Assembly: GCA_051294375.1 (NCBI GenBank)
Contig: CM119266.1
Span: 8,964,391 to 9,028,390, forward strand
Reading direction: 5' to 3'
Origin: Paraspadella gotoi
Taxonomy: Eukaryota > Animalia > Chaetognatha
DNA: 64,000 nucleotides
Under the pieces are notes generated by a model. It ran no database searches. It was not told the DNA's origin and saw nothing but the letters and a program-made list of their open reading frames with translations. A program made the translations under genes and the position numbers. How positions within the stretch are numbered: position 1 is the first letter of the stretch; each line of letters starts with the position of its first letter. Of this stretch, positions 14,499 to 28,039 are shown piece by piece.

Positions 14499-15117
14499 TT
14501 CATCCCTCCATCGCGGGCCGAAGATTCCATTTAAATATTCGCGCGGCTACATTTTATTATTTGTTTGTTTACACTCGACGCGCCAATTTAGGCACAGACG
14601 CCGCCGACTCGTAAAACTCGTAAAATTCTCTCCCTCCCCGACTAAACCCAGTTGCTCTTAAGATCCCATTTCGCTCTCCCTTCGTCTTATGACGTTACCG
14701 GATCCTTACGTTCCCTCAGCCTCTTCAGGGGATATGAAAGAAAAAAATATTTTAAGCTCCGATCATAAATTGGCGTAGCGCCACGCCGTCGAGAATACGC
14801 CACGAGCGCCACGCGTCATTCTCGCTCTTCCCTTCACAATTTGATTTTCAACTTTAGGGTCAACGACGGAATAAAAGCGTCGGACAGTCGGGCTGTCGGG
14901 TACCGTGGCTGTCGGACGACCGTGCCCTGATTGTCGGGCAATGGTGCCGTGGCTGTCGGTTGTCGGGCGCCTCTCCATTAAAAACATGATTCATGGAGAG
15001 AATGAAAAGTTGGCAATTGGTAGAAATGGGGGGGCGTTGGAGGGGGGCGGTAAAGGGGGGAGGTTAAGGGGGCGGTAGGAGAGTTACCAACCATCTGTCC
15101 TAATCTCTGGTGCCGTC

Positions 15118-15191
<74 letters not shown>

Positions 15192-15943
15192 AATAACATT
15201 CCAATGCGTAACAAAAATAAAAATACAAACAAATTAATAATATTAAACCTTTTTTCTCCTCACCCTCTCCCCTTAATTTCCTACTTTTATTTATCGTTTG
15301 TCATTTGTGGACATAAGGTAAGTGTCAACATTGATATACCTCTAAACAAACATAATATATTCGCTTCGTTTTGCATGTTGAGAGTAAATAGGTATATGTG
15401 ATTGCTTCTGTCGCGAAAGTTAAGCATACGATATATCTATTTAGATGATCTAGATAAAGTTTCAAAAATGAAGTAAGTTAATAATAAAAAAAATATAAAT
15501 TAGCTTTTCTGTTTTGGCATTTTTTATCTCTTTTCCTTACCTGAATTTACGAATAATATCATGATTTGTTAAAAGCTCATTACGAGAAATTTTTCGTGCT
15601 TATCGATTATAAATGACTTAAGATATTTGATGAGGCTATAATTATGTGCCTTTTACAATAAATCCGTGAAGTTACTTGAATTTAAAGTTAATAAAACCTT
15701 CATCGAACCAAAGCTTCAAAAAAAAAAATCAAAACCGCGATGATAACCGCAGCTCAGAATTTTCGCTGGAAAAAAAAAAGTTTAGAATCGTCTGTGACGA
15801 AAATCGGAATTTCGTCTCAACCCAAAAAAAAAAGAAAAAAATTTGCATGGAGAAGGAGAAAGGAAAGGAAAAGGAACAAAAAAACGGAGAGGCCGCGGCC
15901 GGATTGGTTGGAGGAGAGAGAGAGAGAGAGAGAGAGCGAGAGC

Positions 15944-16005
<62 letters not shown>

Positions 16006-16020
16006 AGAGCGAGAGAGAGC

Positions 16021-19000
16021 AAGCAAATAAAAACAAGAAAAAAAGAAAAAAAAGCCGGTTAGAAAAACGTCCCCCCTCCCCCCAGGCCAAATGGTAAAAA
16101 AAGAGAGAAAAAAAAAAGAGCAGCCCTCTTCTACCGCGAGCATGTGAAATCTGCGCAGCGCCATCTATGTACGTCGTCGTCGTCGCCCGGGAACTAAACT
16201 GGCGCCGGAAAACAAAAGGGGATCGAAGTCGACGTCTGGAGGATCCTAATCGCATTTATCGTCGTCGTCGTTTTTGCCGATTTTCTCGCAATTCGGAAAG
16301 CTATTGCAAATATTTTTTTTCGAAAATGTTTCGGCTCTTTTTTCTAAAAGCGGCCCATTTCTATTATTATTATTATTATTATTATTAATTTTATTTTTCA
16401 TTATGTTTCAAATTTAGAGAAAACTAAGTTTATGTAAAAAAAATTTGTTTTTAACAAATAAAACTTTAATTTCTCTAAATTAGTTATCTATAATAAAATC
16501 TCTAATCCATAATCCTAACACTAAAAGCTAATCTTTAACCCTCACCTCAGACCAATTCTTTAAACCCACTAAAAACTAATTTATTTAATTCTGAATTTTA
16601 GAAGCTCAAATAATTCAAATAAAAATGATAACGATGACTATAACAACGAAAACGACGCTTTGCGAAAATGAGGCCAAACTTTCTCGGTCCCTTTTTCAAG
16701 GAAGAAAAGCGACCATTTCGGTTCTTCTTTCTCTCCTCCCCCGACTTTTTCATCTCCTAACGGGAGTCAAACCTAATTGATGACGTTTCCGCTTCACCAC
16801 CTGCAACATCTCCTCCACCTGGATCCAGTGACTCCTTCACACCTACTTTCCTTTTCCCCCCCCCGTCTTCTCCGCCATCTCTGTCAAATATTCTCACGCC
16901 TTACCCTCCTCTCCTCATTTCGTCTCATCTTCTCACTTACCTTTTTCCGTCTGTCGCGCCATTGTCACGTTCGAGTTTAAATTGTGCCTCTTCTTTTCCT
17001 TTTTCCTCCTCATCCTCCTCCTTCTCCTCCTCCTCCCTTTTTTTCGTTTTAAGAGCACGATTCACGAAATGCCAAATCCACTTAACATGACGTCAATAAT
17101 GGTATGGGACCTGTGCAATGTGCAGTAACTTTCTGCAGAATTTATAAGCTCACAGTCGAGTAAATTGCATGGTTGTTTTATTCCAATGGAAGAGGTTAGA
17201 GGAAGAGGATCTTGGTTAATAATAATATCTAGGTTTGATCTTAATTAATATTTTTTTAGACTTGCCTTTTTGTTTACTAGCATTTATTAAGAAAAGTATT
17301 TCGTTTTGTATTGACAATAAAGAAATGAATGTTTATAATAACAAATAACAATATAACGAAACAGTATTATAACACAATGGTAATGTGAAGCAAACTGGAC
17401 AATCAAAATGCGCGTAACGAGTGACGCAACAAATTTAATAAAATAAAAATGAGTTTGTTATTCTGAATCAGTTTTGGCCTCCGCCGCTGCCGACGCAGCA
17501 GCAAGCGCCTTCTCCCGCCGCCGACGAAGCCAGCACGCCGCCGCCAGAGCCGACGCCGCCGTCGAGTTGGCAGCAGCGTTGAAGAAGTAAGCGGCGTCGT
17601 GGCGCCCGTAGGTTTTAAGAAGCGCGCCCCCGACACCGGGAATTGCCAAGTAGCCGACGCCTTTGAAGAAGTTGAGAAATCCGAGAAGAGACTCCAGGTG
17701 GCGCCGCTCCATCAAGTCGATGAGGAGCGGCGCTCGGAGCACCAAAGAAATGCTGTGGGAGAAGAGATTAATGATGACAGTTGGTCGGCGTTGTTGAAGA
17801 TTTAGGAATTTTATGCAAGCGACTTACTATTATTAAAAGCACCAAATCTTGTATTATTTTTTTTTATTTAGTAAATTAGTTATTGCTTTGGGTTAAGTTA
17901 ATGGTATCGAGGAGGCCAGAAGATTTTTTTTTAGTTCCCGTTTCCCAAACGGAATAACGGCATGTTTTTTCATAAATTCAAATTCATTGATGCCTCTTAG
18001 CATAATTATGAATTCCAATATTAAAAATTTGACAAAATAAACATGGAGTTTAAGAATTCTGTTAACGTTTCGTACCTAAAGAGGGCGCCATGAGCGACGG
18101 CGTATATTGCAAATTGCCAATAGGTGTCGAGGAAGGCGGCTATCAAATCCACGGCGCCGAGAAGAAACAAATGAACGACGGCGATAAGACGCCAATGGCG
18201 CTTCACGGCGGAAAAGTTGAGAATGAGGCCGACAAAGAGGATGACTCAAGGCGCAGAGGGAGAGAAAAGAAATATAGATTGATGGTTGATAACGTTACAG
18301 AATACACAATTATTATTCGATATTATTTGCCTTAATAGTTTTAAGGAGCCCTCATTAATGGGAAGCAAAGCGCTGTGAAAGCTATAAGAAGGTTGCTGCG
18401 TCTTGCTACGTAAGAGAGATAAAGGACTTAAAGTAAATTCCATCACAGCCTGTATAAAGTCAGGGGTAAGGATAGCTTATTTGTTTATCTTTTATAATTG
18501 TTATATGTTTTGCACCAATTTTATAGTTTACTGTAAAGTTTTTTAATTCTCTTTCTCGCGCTACTCTCCAACTCGCCCATCAAGCCACTTCCCCCCCACC
18601 TTTTCAATATTAACTTTTCAAGCCCCGTTAAATATTGGCAATCTTTTTGCTTGACCGTACCGGACCGTATCCGAGCTTATCTTTTGACCCTCTATAACTC
18701 GAGATCTCTAGAGCCACCGGGAATTTGTGGGCCTACGCCTCGAACGCTCGATCACCCGGCCACCCACCCACCGAAGCTCTCACCCGAAACCTGCGTTCCG
18801 AACTCGATAGAATTGAGCAGCGCCGCTTGTATCTCCGTCACGCCCTTCTCCACGGCCAAGCGGGCAGGTAGATGGCGAACCAGTAGCCGCAGGGTACGGC
18901 AATCATTTGAGTCAGGAGGTAAAGGAGAAAGACGGGGTTACGGAGGGTAGAAAAAGGTTGAGCCTAAAAGGAGCAGTCGTTGTGGAGTGGAAGGGAGAAG

Positions 19001-20103
19001 GCTCCGCGGCTTTGAATCCTTGCTTTCGGATTCCTTGCAGTCGGTCGAACCGTAGAGTTGTAAGATGGTCCGGTTTGCGACGATGAGGAGTCGGAGACGG
19101 CTCCGTTGGTCGGTCGTCGGTTTGGCCTTTGTCGCGACGAATTCTTCGAATCCCGAATTGTCGACGGAGCGATTGTCGTTTGACTGCGAAAGAAATTTTG
19201 GGAATATTTGAGGAAAAGGATAGTTTGGATTATAAACTTTGATAGAAATATGAAGACATAGAATAAGAATAGAATAAATAAGAATATCAACATAAAATCT
19301 GTAATAATTTCAAACATTCACAAGTCTATTTGTGAAATTTTTCAAAAAAGCAATTTCATCGAAATGCCCATTTTTAAAAATATTCTTCCCACATTCTCAA
19401 CCTTTTCGAATCGACGTCTGCCTTCAACCCCCCCGTCGGTGATAATTATTCTCGATCGGCCTCGTCACTCCGGCCACGACGAAAGTCACTCCAAGATGCC
19501 CGTCAATCCGAAGAGCATCCCCCGTCGCCCATAGGCCTCCGCCAAACGCTCCAGCACCGGCGGCGCCACGATGCCGCCGATCCCGCCGCCGAAGTAGACG
19601 ATGCCAGTGGCCACCGTCAAACGGCGTTGAAAATACTGCGCCACGGCGATGTACGATGCTGTAAAGGCCAAGCCAGAGCCGATGCCGATACAGAGGCCAA
19701 AAGTCAAGTAAAAAACTGGTACCGTCGCCGCGTAGGCCGATCCGAGAGCGCCGCCAACGAGAAAAAAGCAAATAAAACAAAGAAAACAAGAAAAAAAAAG
19801 CCGGTTAGAAAAACGTCCCCCTCCCCAGGACCAAATGGTAAAAAAAGAGAAAAAAAAGAGCAGCCTCTTCTACCGCGAGCATGTGAAATCTGCGCAGCGC
19901 CATCTATGTACGGTCGTCGTCGTCGCCCGGGAACTAAACTGGCGCCGGAAAACAAAGGGGATCGAAGTCGACGTCTGGAGGATCCTAATCGCATTTATCG
20001 TTCGTCGTCGTTTTTGCCGATTTTCTCGCAATTCGGAAAGCTATTGCAAATATTTTTTTTCGAAAATGTTTCCGCTGCTTTTTTCTAAAAAGCGGCCCAT
20101 TTC

Positions 20104-20136
<33 letters not shown>

Positions 20137-23100
20137 ATTTTGTTTTCGACCTGATTTTCGTTATGTTTCAAATTTAGAGAAAACTAAGTTTATGTAAAAA
20201 AATTTGTTTTTAACAAATAAAACTTTAATTTTCTCTAAATTAGTTATCTTAAATGTATTTAAAAATCTATAATAAAATCTCTAAACCATAAATCCTAACA
20301 CTAAAAGCTAATCTTTAACCCTCACCTCAGACCAATTCTTTAAACCTACTAAAAACTATTTATTTAATTCTGAATAATTCAAATAATTCAAATAAAAAAT
20401 GATAACGACGACTATAACAACGAAAACGACGCTTTGCGAAAATAAGGCCAAACTTTCTCGGTCCCTTTTCAAGGAAGAAAAGCGGCCATTTCGGTCTTCT
20501 TTCTCTCCCTCCCCGACTTTTTCATCTCCTTAACGGGAGTCAAACCTAATTGATGACGTTTCCGCTTCACCACCTTGCAACATTCTCCTCCACCTGGATC
20601 CAGTGACTCCTTCACCTACTCTCCTTTCCCCCCCCCCGTCTCCACCGCCATCATCTGTCATAATATTCTCACGCCTTACCCTCCTCTCCTCATTTCGTCT
20701 CATCTTCTCACTTACCTTTTTCGTCTGTCGCGCCATTGTCACGTTCGAGTTTAAATTGTGCCTCTTCTTTTCCTTTTTCCTCCTCCTCCTCCTTTTTTTC
20801 GCTTTAAATGCACGATTCACGAAATGCCAAATCCACTTAACATGACGTCAATAATGGTATGGGACCTGTGCAATGTGCAGTAACTTTCTGCAGAATTCAT
20901 AAGCTCACAGTCGAGTAAATTGCATGGTTGTTTTATTCCAATGGAAGAGGTTAGAGGAAGAGGTTCTTGGTTAATAATAATATCTAGGTTTGATCTTAAT
21001 ATTTTTTTAGACTTCCCTTTTTGTTTACTAGCATTTATTCAGAAAAGTATTTCGTTTTGTATTGACAATAAAGAAATGAATGTTAATAATAACAAATAAC
21101 AATTTAAACGAAACAGTATTATAACACAATGTTAATGTTAAGCAAACTGGACACAGGACAATCAACATGCGAGTGACAAATTTACTAAAATAAAAATGAG
21201 TTTGTTATTCTGAATCAGTTTTGGCCTCCGCCGCCGTCGCCGCTGCCGACGCAGCAGCAAGCGCCTTCTCCCGCCGCCGACGCAGCCAGCACGCCGCCGC
21301 CAGAGCCGACGCCGCCGTCGAGTTGGCAGCAGCGTTGAAGAAGTAAGCGGCGTCGTGGCGCCCGTAGGTTTTAAGAAGCGCGCCCCCGACGCCGGGAATT
21401 GCCAAGTAGCCGACGCCTTTGAAGAAGTTGAGGAATCCGAGAAGCGACTCCAGGTGGCGCCGCTCCATCAAGTCGATGAGGAGCGGCGCTCGGAGCACCA
21501 AAGAAATGCTGTGGGAGAAGAGCTTAATGATGACAGTTGGTCGGCGTTGTTGAAGATTTAGGAATTTATGCAAGCGACTTACTGTTATTAAAAGCACCAA
21601 ATCTTGTATTACTTTTTTTTATTTGGTAAATTAGTTATTGCTTTGGGTTAAGTTAATGGTATCGAGTAGGCCAGAAGATTTTTTTTTAGTTTCCGTTTTC
21701 CAAACGGAATATAACGGAATATAACGGCATATTTTTCATAAATTCAAATTCATTGATGCCTCTTAGCATAATTATGAATTCCAATATTAAAAAATTGACA
21801 AAATAAACATGGAGTTTAAGAATTCTATTAACGTTCGTACCTAAAGAGGGCGCCATGAGCGACGGCGTATATTGCAAATTGCCAATAGGTGTCGAGGAAG
21901 GCGGCTATCAATCCACGGCGCCGAGAAGAAACAAATGAACGACGGCGATAAGACGCCAATGGCGCTTCACGGCGGAAAAGTTGAGAATGAGGCCGACAAG
22001 AGGATGACTGAAGGCGCAGAGGGAGAGAAAAGAAATATAGATTGATAGTTGATAACGTTACAGAATACACAATTATTATTCGATATTATTTGCCTTAATA
22101 GTTTTAAGGAGCCTCATTAATAGGAAGCAAAGCGCTGTGAAAGCTATAAGGTTGCTGCGTCTTGCTACGTAAAATCCATCACAGCCTGTATAAAGTCAGG
22201 GGTAAGGATAGCTTATTGTGTTATCTTTTGTATACTTTTATTAGTTTTACCTTATGTTACAAGTTTTTAATTCTCTTTCTTCGCGCCTATCTCCAACTCG
22301 GCCCATCAAGCCACTTCCCCCCACCTTTTCAATATTAACTTTTTCAAGCCCCTGTTACAATATTGGCCAATCTTTTTGCTTGACCGTCCGGACCGTATCC
22401 GAGCTTATCTTTTGACCCTCTATAACTCGAGATCTCTAGAGCACCCGGGAATTTGTGGGCCTAACACGCTCGAACGCTCGATCACCCGGCCACCCACCCA
22501 CCGAAAGCTCTCACCCGAAACCTGCGTCCGAACTCGATTAGAATTGAGCAGCGCCGCTTGTATCCTCCGTTCACGCCCTTCTCCACGGCCAAGCGGCAGG
22601 TTAGATGGGACCAGTAGCCGCAGGTACGGCCGATCATTTGGGTCAGGAGGTAAAGGAGAAAGACGGGTTACGGAGGAGAAAAAAGGTTGATGGCCTAAAA
22701 GGAAGAGTCGTTTGTGGGTGGAAGGAAGAAGCTCCGCGGTTTGAATCCTTGCTTTCGGATTCCTTGCAGGTCGGTCGAACGTAGAGTTGTAAGATGGTCG
22801 GTTTGCGACGATGAGGAGTCGGAGACGGCTGCCGTGGTCGGTCGGTCGGTTTGGCCTTTGTCGTCGACGAATTCTTCGAATCCCGAATTGTCGACGGAGC
22901 GAATTGTCGTTTGACTGCGAAAGAAAATTTGGGGAATATTTGAGGAAAAAGGATATTTGAATTGAAAAACTTTGAGAATATGAGATTAAGAATAGAATAG
23001 AATAAGAATTCAACATAAAATCTGAAATATTAATCAAACATGTCATAGTCTATTTGTGAAATTTTTCAAAAAGAATTTCATCGAAATGCCCATTTTTAAA

Positions 23101-23505
23101 AATAATTCTTCCCACATTCTCAACCTTTTCGAATCGACGTCTTGCCTCAACCCCCCCGTCGGGATAATTATTCTCGATCGGCCTGTCACTCCGGCCACGA
23201 CGAAAGTCACACCAAGACCCGCAATCGAAGAGCATCCCCCGTCGCCCATAGGCCTCCGCCAAACGCTCCAGCACCGGCGGCGCCCACGATGCCGCGATCC
23301 CGCCGCCGAAGTAGACGATGCCAGTGGCCACCCGTCAACGGCGTTGAAAATACTGCGCCACGGCGATGTACCGATGCTGTAAAGGCGCAAGCCAGAGCCG
23401 ATGCCGATTACAGAGGCCCGAAAGTAAGTAAAAAAACTGGCACCGTCGCCGCGTAGGCCGATCCGAGAGCCCGCCAACGAGAAAGAGGTGTCGCGCCACC
23501 TGCCT
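16021..23505. repeat. Tandem segmental duplication, ~3.74-kb unit (16021-19763 and 19764-23505)
   Basis: AAGCAAATAAAA..GCCGGTTAGAAAAACGTCCCC starts both units, and the units are collinear throughout. Confidence 0.92.
17458..19763 (-). CDS. SLC16/monocarboxylate-transporter-like MFS permease, copy 1 (5'-truncated; exons ~19763-19402, 19183-18784, 18244-18076, 17752-17458)
   Basis: Exon peptides LTFGLCIGIGSGLAFTASYIAVAQYFQRRLTVATGIVYFGGGIGGIVAPPVLERLAEAYGRRG, RNPVFLLYLLTQMI..GY..IYLP..AVEKGVTEIQAALLN, LDTYWQFAIYAVAHGALF and LLIDLM..LESLLGFLNFFKGVGYLAIPGVGGALLKTYG match SLC16 TM4-TM12 patterns. Intron boundaries are GT-AG with compatible phases (G|TC Val, AG|C Ser). A few single-base frameshifts resemble long-read errors. 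Confidence 0.85.
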
Positions 23506-23989
23506 ACCGCGGTGGACCTACAAGATGACGACGCGCGGGAGTGGACGGCCGCGGCGAATGACGACTGGACGGAGACCGGGCCCAACATATCGTTGAGGCA
23601 CCTAGGAAAATATTTATGATTAGATATTAAATTTTTAGTGGCTANNNNNNNNNNNNNNNNNNNNNNNNNAAATTACATTAAAGACAAAATGATTTTATTA
23701 AGAATAGCAATCAATAATAAATAAAATTTAGAAGGGATTACAGAGAGTGGAGACACCACGAGATTTTTTTATTTTCTTTAAAATTAAGTCATTATTAAAC
23801 AAAATAGTTTAAAAGTAAATGATACTTTGTAATTAGCCTAAGATTAAGATTCCAAATATCAAGAAAATTTGTTTTCAACATTTCACATTTTTAGCATGGA
23901 GCTTTTAACTTGAAGTGACTCTTATCACCACATCACAACTGACAGACTCACAATATTTACTCACATGGCGAGCGATCCGACGCCGACGA
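21205..23989 (-). CDS. SLC16/MCT-like MFS permease, copy 2 (exons ..23965, 23601-23125, 22914-22515, 22007-21841, 21508-21205; many indels)
   Basis: Collinear duplicate of copy 1 that extends further 5' (VGVGSLAM|CLNDMLGPVSV) and runs into a 25-N gap. The last exon is clean; the middle exons are frameshifted. Confidence 0.8.
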
Positions 23990-25890
23990 NNNNNNNNNNN
24001 NNNNNNNNNNNNNNTCCTCTGGAACTCATCTTTCTCGGCCGTGGAGAAGGCGTTCGCATCATTCTCTCGTCCTCGACGGGAATTTCCGGCCCCACCCCAA
24101 ATCGATCGCGTCGTCGCGTCGGATCGCTCGCCATGTGAGTAAATATTGTGAGTCTGTCAGTTGTGATGTGGTGATAGAGTCACTTTAAGTTAAAAGCTCC
24201 GTGCTAAAAATGTGAATAGTTGAAAACGGAATTGTTCTTGATATTTGGAATCTTAATCTTAGGCTAATTACAAAGTATCATTTACCGTCTTTAAACTATT
24301 TTGTTTAATAAGACTTAATTTTAAAGAAAATAAAAAAATCTCGGGTTGTCTCCTCTCTCTGTAATCTCTTCTAATTTTATTTATTATTGATTGCTATTCT
24401 TATAAAATCATTTTTGTCTTTAATGTAGATTTTAGGCCACAATAAAATTTAATATTAATCATAAATATTTTCCCAGGTGCCTCAACGATATGTTGGGCCC
24501 GTCTCCGTCCGTCGTCATTCGCCGCGGCGTCACACTCCGCGCGTCGTCATCTTGTGCGTCCAGCGGTCGCTCGACCTTTTCTCGTTGGCGGCGCTCTCGG
24601 ATCGGCCTACGCGGCGACGGTGCCAGTTTTTTTACTTAACTTTCGGCCTCTGTATCGGCATCGGCTCTGGCTTGCCTTTACAGCTCGTACATCGCCGTGG
24701 CGCAAGTATTTTCAACGCCGTTTGACGGTGGCCACTGGCATCGTCTACTTCGGCGGCGGGATCGGCGGCATCGTGGGCGCCGCCGTGCTGGAGCGTTTGG
24801 CGGAGGCCTATGGCGACGGGGATGCTCTTCGGATTGACGGGCTCTGGGTGTACTTTCGTCGTGCCGGAGTGACGAGGCCGATCGAGAATAATTATCCCGA
24901 CGGGGGGGTTGAGGCAAGACGTCGATTCGAAAAGTTGAGAATGTGGGAAGAATATTTTTAAAAATGGGCATTTCGATGAAATTCTTTTTTGAAAAATTTC
25001 ACAAATAGACTTGATGAATCATTTTTTTGAATTTATTTATTACAATATTTAGGATATCTTATTCATCATTCTTTCACTATCATTTATCTATTAAGTTCTT
25101 CATCCAATTCAAGAACTATCCTTTTTCCTCAAATATTCCCAAATATTTCTTTCGCAGTCAAAACGACAATCGCTCCGTCGACAATTCGGGATTCGAAGAA
25201 TTCGTCGCGACAAAGGCCAAACCGACCGACCGACCAACGGACAGCCGTCTCCGACTCCTCATCGTCGCAAACCGGACCATCTTAACAACTCTACGGTTAC
25301 GACCGACCTGCAAGGAATCCGAAGCAAGGATCAAAGCCGCGGAGCCTTCTACCTTCCACCCTAAAACGACTGCTCCGTTTTAGGCCTCAACCTTTTTCTC
25401 CTCCGTAACCCCGTCTTTCCTCCTTTACCTCCTGACTCAAATGATCGGCCGTACCCTGCGGCTACTGGTCTCCATCTACCTGCCTGCTTGGCCGTGGAGA
25501 AGGGCGTGACGGAGATACCAAGCGGCGCTGCTCAATTCTAATCGAGTTCGGGAACGCAGGTTTCGGGTGAGAGCTTTGATGGGCTGGGTGGCCGGGTGAT
25601 GCGAGCGTTCGAGGCGTGTAGGCCCACAAATTCCCGGTGTGCTCTAGAGATCTCGAGTTATAGAGGGTCAAAAGATAAGCTCGGATACGGTCCGGAATGG
25701 TCAAGCAGAAAAGATTGGCCAATATTGTAACAGGGCTTGAAAAGTTAATATTGAAAGGTGGGGGGAAGTGGCTTGATGGGCGAGTTGGAGAGTAGGCGCG
25801 AGAAAGAGAATTAAAAACTTTAAGTAAACATAAAATTGGTGCAAAACATAATAACAATTAATAACAAAAGATAACACATATAAGCTATTC
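22205..25890. repeat. ~1.8-kb inverted duplication centred near the 25-N gap at 23990-24014
   Basis: ~24118-25890 is the reverse complement of ~22205-23985 (e.g. TCACATGGCGAGCGATCCGA versus TCGGATCGCTCGCCATGTGA). Confidence 0.92.
24015..25566 (+). pseudogene. Inverted partial copy 3 of the SLC16-like gene (exons 24015-24134, 24477-24933, 25158-25566)
   Basis: Reverse complement of ~22205-23985. It adds TM1-region sequence (VEKAFASF...GSLAM), with donor GTGAGT at 24135 and acceptor CCCAG at 24476. Frameshifted and lacks the last two exons; could be an assembly duplicate rather than a true pseudogene. Confidence 0.7.
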
Positions 25891-26597
25891 CTTTGAACCA
25901 GCAGCCGAGAACGGCGAGCCAGCCGAAGAGGCCGCCCTCTAGCGGCGGGTAGCGTCGCGGATCGCCAGAATTCATTTTTTTTTTAAATGAGCCCAATGTT
26001 TTTTTCTTTTTTTTTTTCTTTTTTTATTTTATTTTAGATTAGTGTTTGTAAACTTTTTCATCTTTAGTTATAGAAATTAGTGATTTAACTTTGAGACGTC
26101 CCCATTGATCTGTCACAGAGTCAATTCGATAAACAAAGCGTCTAGTAGAGAAAGATAAATCGGCATTTTTTTTCTACGTACCTTTTTTTTTTCTTCTTCT
26201 TTTCTGGCCATTTAAACAGGGCCAAAATGGTTAAATTTTCGCCTTTTTTTAAAAATTTCTTTACCGCTTTCTCTCATTCTCTTGGCTTCTCAACAACTGG
26301 TAACAGTTACTGGAAGGGCAAACTCAGGGCTAAAACGAGATTTTTAGAGGGTTAGGTGGACTTAGAGAGGGAGAGAGAGAGAGAGAGAGAGAGAAATTGA
26401 AATATTGAAATATTGAAAGCAAAAGCGAGGCTGGAGGCCAGTGTTTTACACTGCCTTTAAAAGCTACGTTTTTGAGAAATTATTACTCAATTCATATAAT
26501 AATGAGAACTGGTGTATTCTACTATTCTTCTAGTTTACAGATTGTGTGCGCTCTTTCTAATTCGCAATTTAAACATTTACTCTTGTCATAAACTCGG

Positions 26598-26628
<31 letters not shown>

Positions 26629-27447
26629 GAGAGTGGAAAGAAAAGACCTTGAATATATTAAAAGTAAAGCGCCCGGATACTAGATTTACTATTTATAAAA
26701 AGATCGAATAATCAAAATGATAGATTTTTTTTTATTTTAACGTAAAAAAAATTAAATTTCACCGATCTAAATCGAATTTTAGGTTTGATTTTCAATGTTT
26801 GTTTTATGCAAAACTTTGTTTACCGGAAAAATATTCGACGTTAAATCAACAAAAGTCATAACGGGGGGTTTAAGTCAGCAAGGTTGTCTTAAACTTAAAT
26901 CTTAAAAATTAAAAGGTACGAAAGAAATTACATTTTCAACAGGTATGGAAGCTTCTTTTTTAAATGTTCAAACTTTGTAAAAACGACCTCAATACGACAA
27001 ACGATCAATAAACCGGTGAATTAAACCCATTTCGGAAAAAAATAGAGACAGAGAAAGAACTATGGCCACGTTGCAAAATGCGGTCATCGACACCATTTAA
27101 AAAAATAAAATAAAAAAAATAAATGTGATTTTCGGAAAAGAGGAATAAATTTATTTTTTTTTTTTGAAAGAGAAATAGATAAGATAATTTTTACATTGAG
27201 CCAAAAAAATCGATCGAAGAATTTTTTTTTTCTTCGAGTGAGAATTAGAAAGAGAGATAGACAATAGACAATATTGATAAATTTCGGCTTTAGTTTAAAT
27301 TCTTTCGGGGATTTTAAAAGCTACTTATTTTTTTCAAAAATATTATCGTTCGTATCTTTTCCTTTCTTTTCGCTGTTGTGTGAGATTTGGTTACAAAGTA
27401 GCCGAGTAATTTATTTGCATTCAACAACGAGTTTTTCACAAATATTT

Positions 27448-27484
27448 GGACATGTTTCTGTCCTTGATTCGGACCTTATTTACT
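27448..27484 (-). ncRNA. Highly decayed minimal hammerhead relic
   Basis: Minus strand reads GTAAATAA-GGTCC-gaatcaa-GGAC-A-GAAACATGTCCAA. It shares the GAAACATGTCCAA end with the 34963 motif; the first core box is degenerate. Confidence 0.45.
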
Positions 27485-28039
27485 GTACAATGTATTAGAT
27501 AAAAAAATTTCATCTTTCACATTTTACTTCTTTTCACAATCTTACTCATTCTATTCTTAACTGAACCTGTCCTCACCTCTGATCACTGTCTTTTCCCTCA
27601 AATCTTTGTTTAACCTTTCTCTCTCTACTCACCTCCATCGTCTCTCATCTCTTACTCTAACTATCTCTCTCTCCTCTCTCTCTGTCTCTCTTCTTCTCCT
27701 ACTCTCTCATAAATACTCTCTCCTAATTACTCACTTCTCGCACAAGCATATCCCACTCGATTCCCGTCTACATATCCAGTACTTTAGTGCGAAATCATCA
27801 CATCTGCATTTCTAGCACTCACACTAGAACGAATTTACAATACGCAAGAGCATTAACCATCACATTCACATATAACTGACGTGTTACGACTAGATCGACG
27901 TCCTCTCTCCTCTAGCTAAAGTAGACGAAGACGGATAAATAGTAGCGGGATGATGTCTTCAAGACGGGACAGTCGGATCGGACAAGCTGGGGCCTGTTTA
28001 ACGAAACTTTTCGTGTCGGTCGGACTGCTGCTTAATAGC

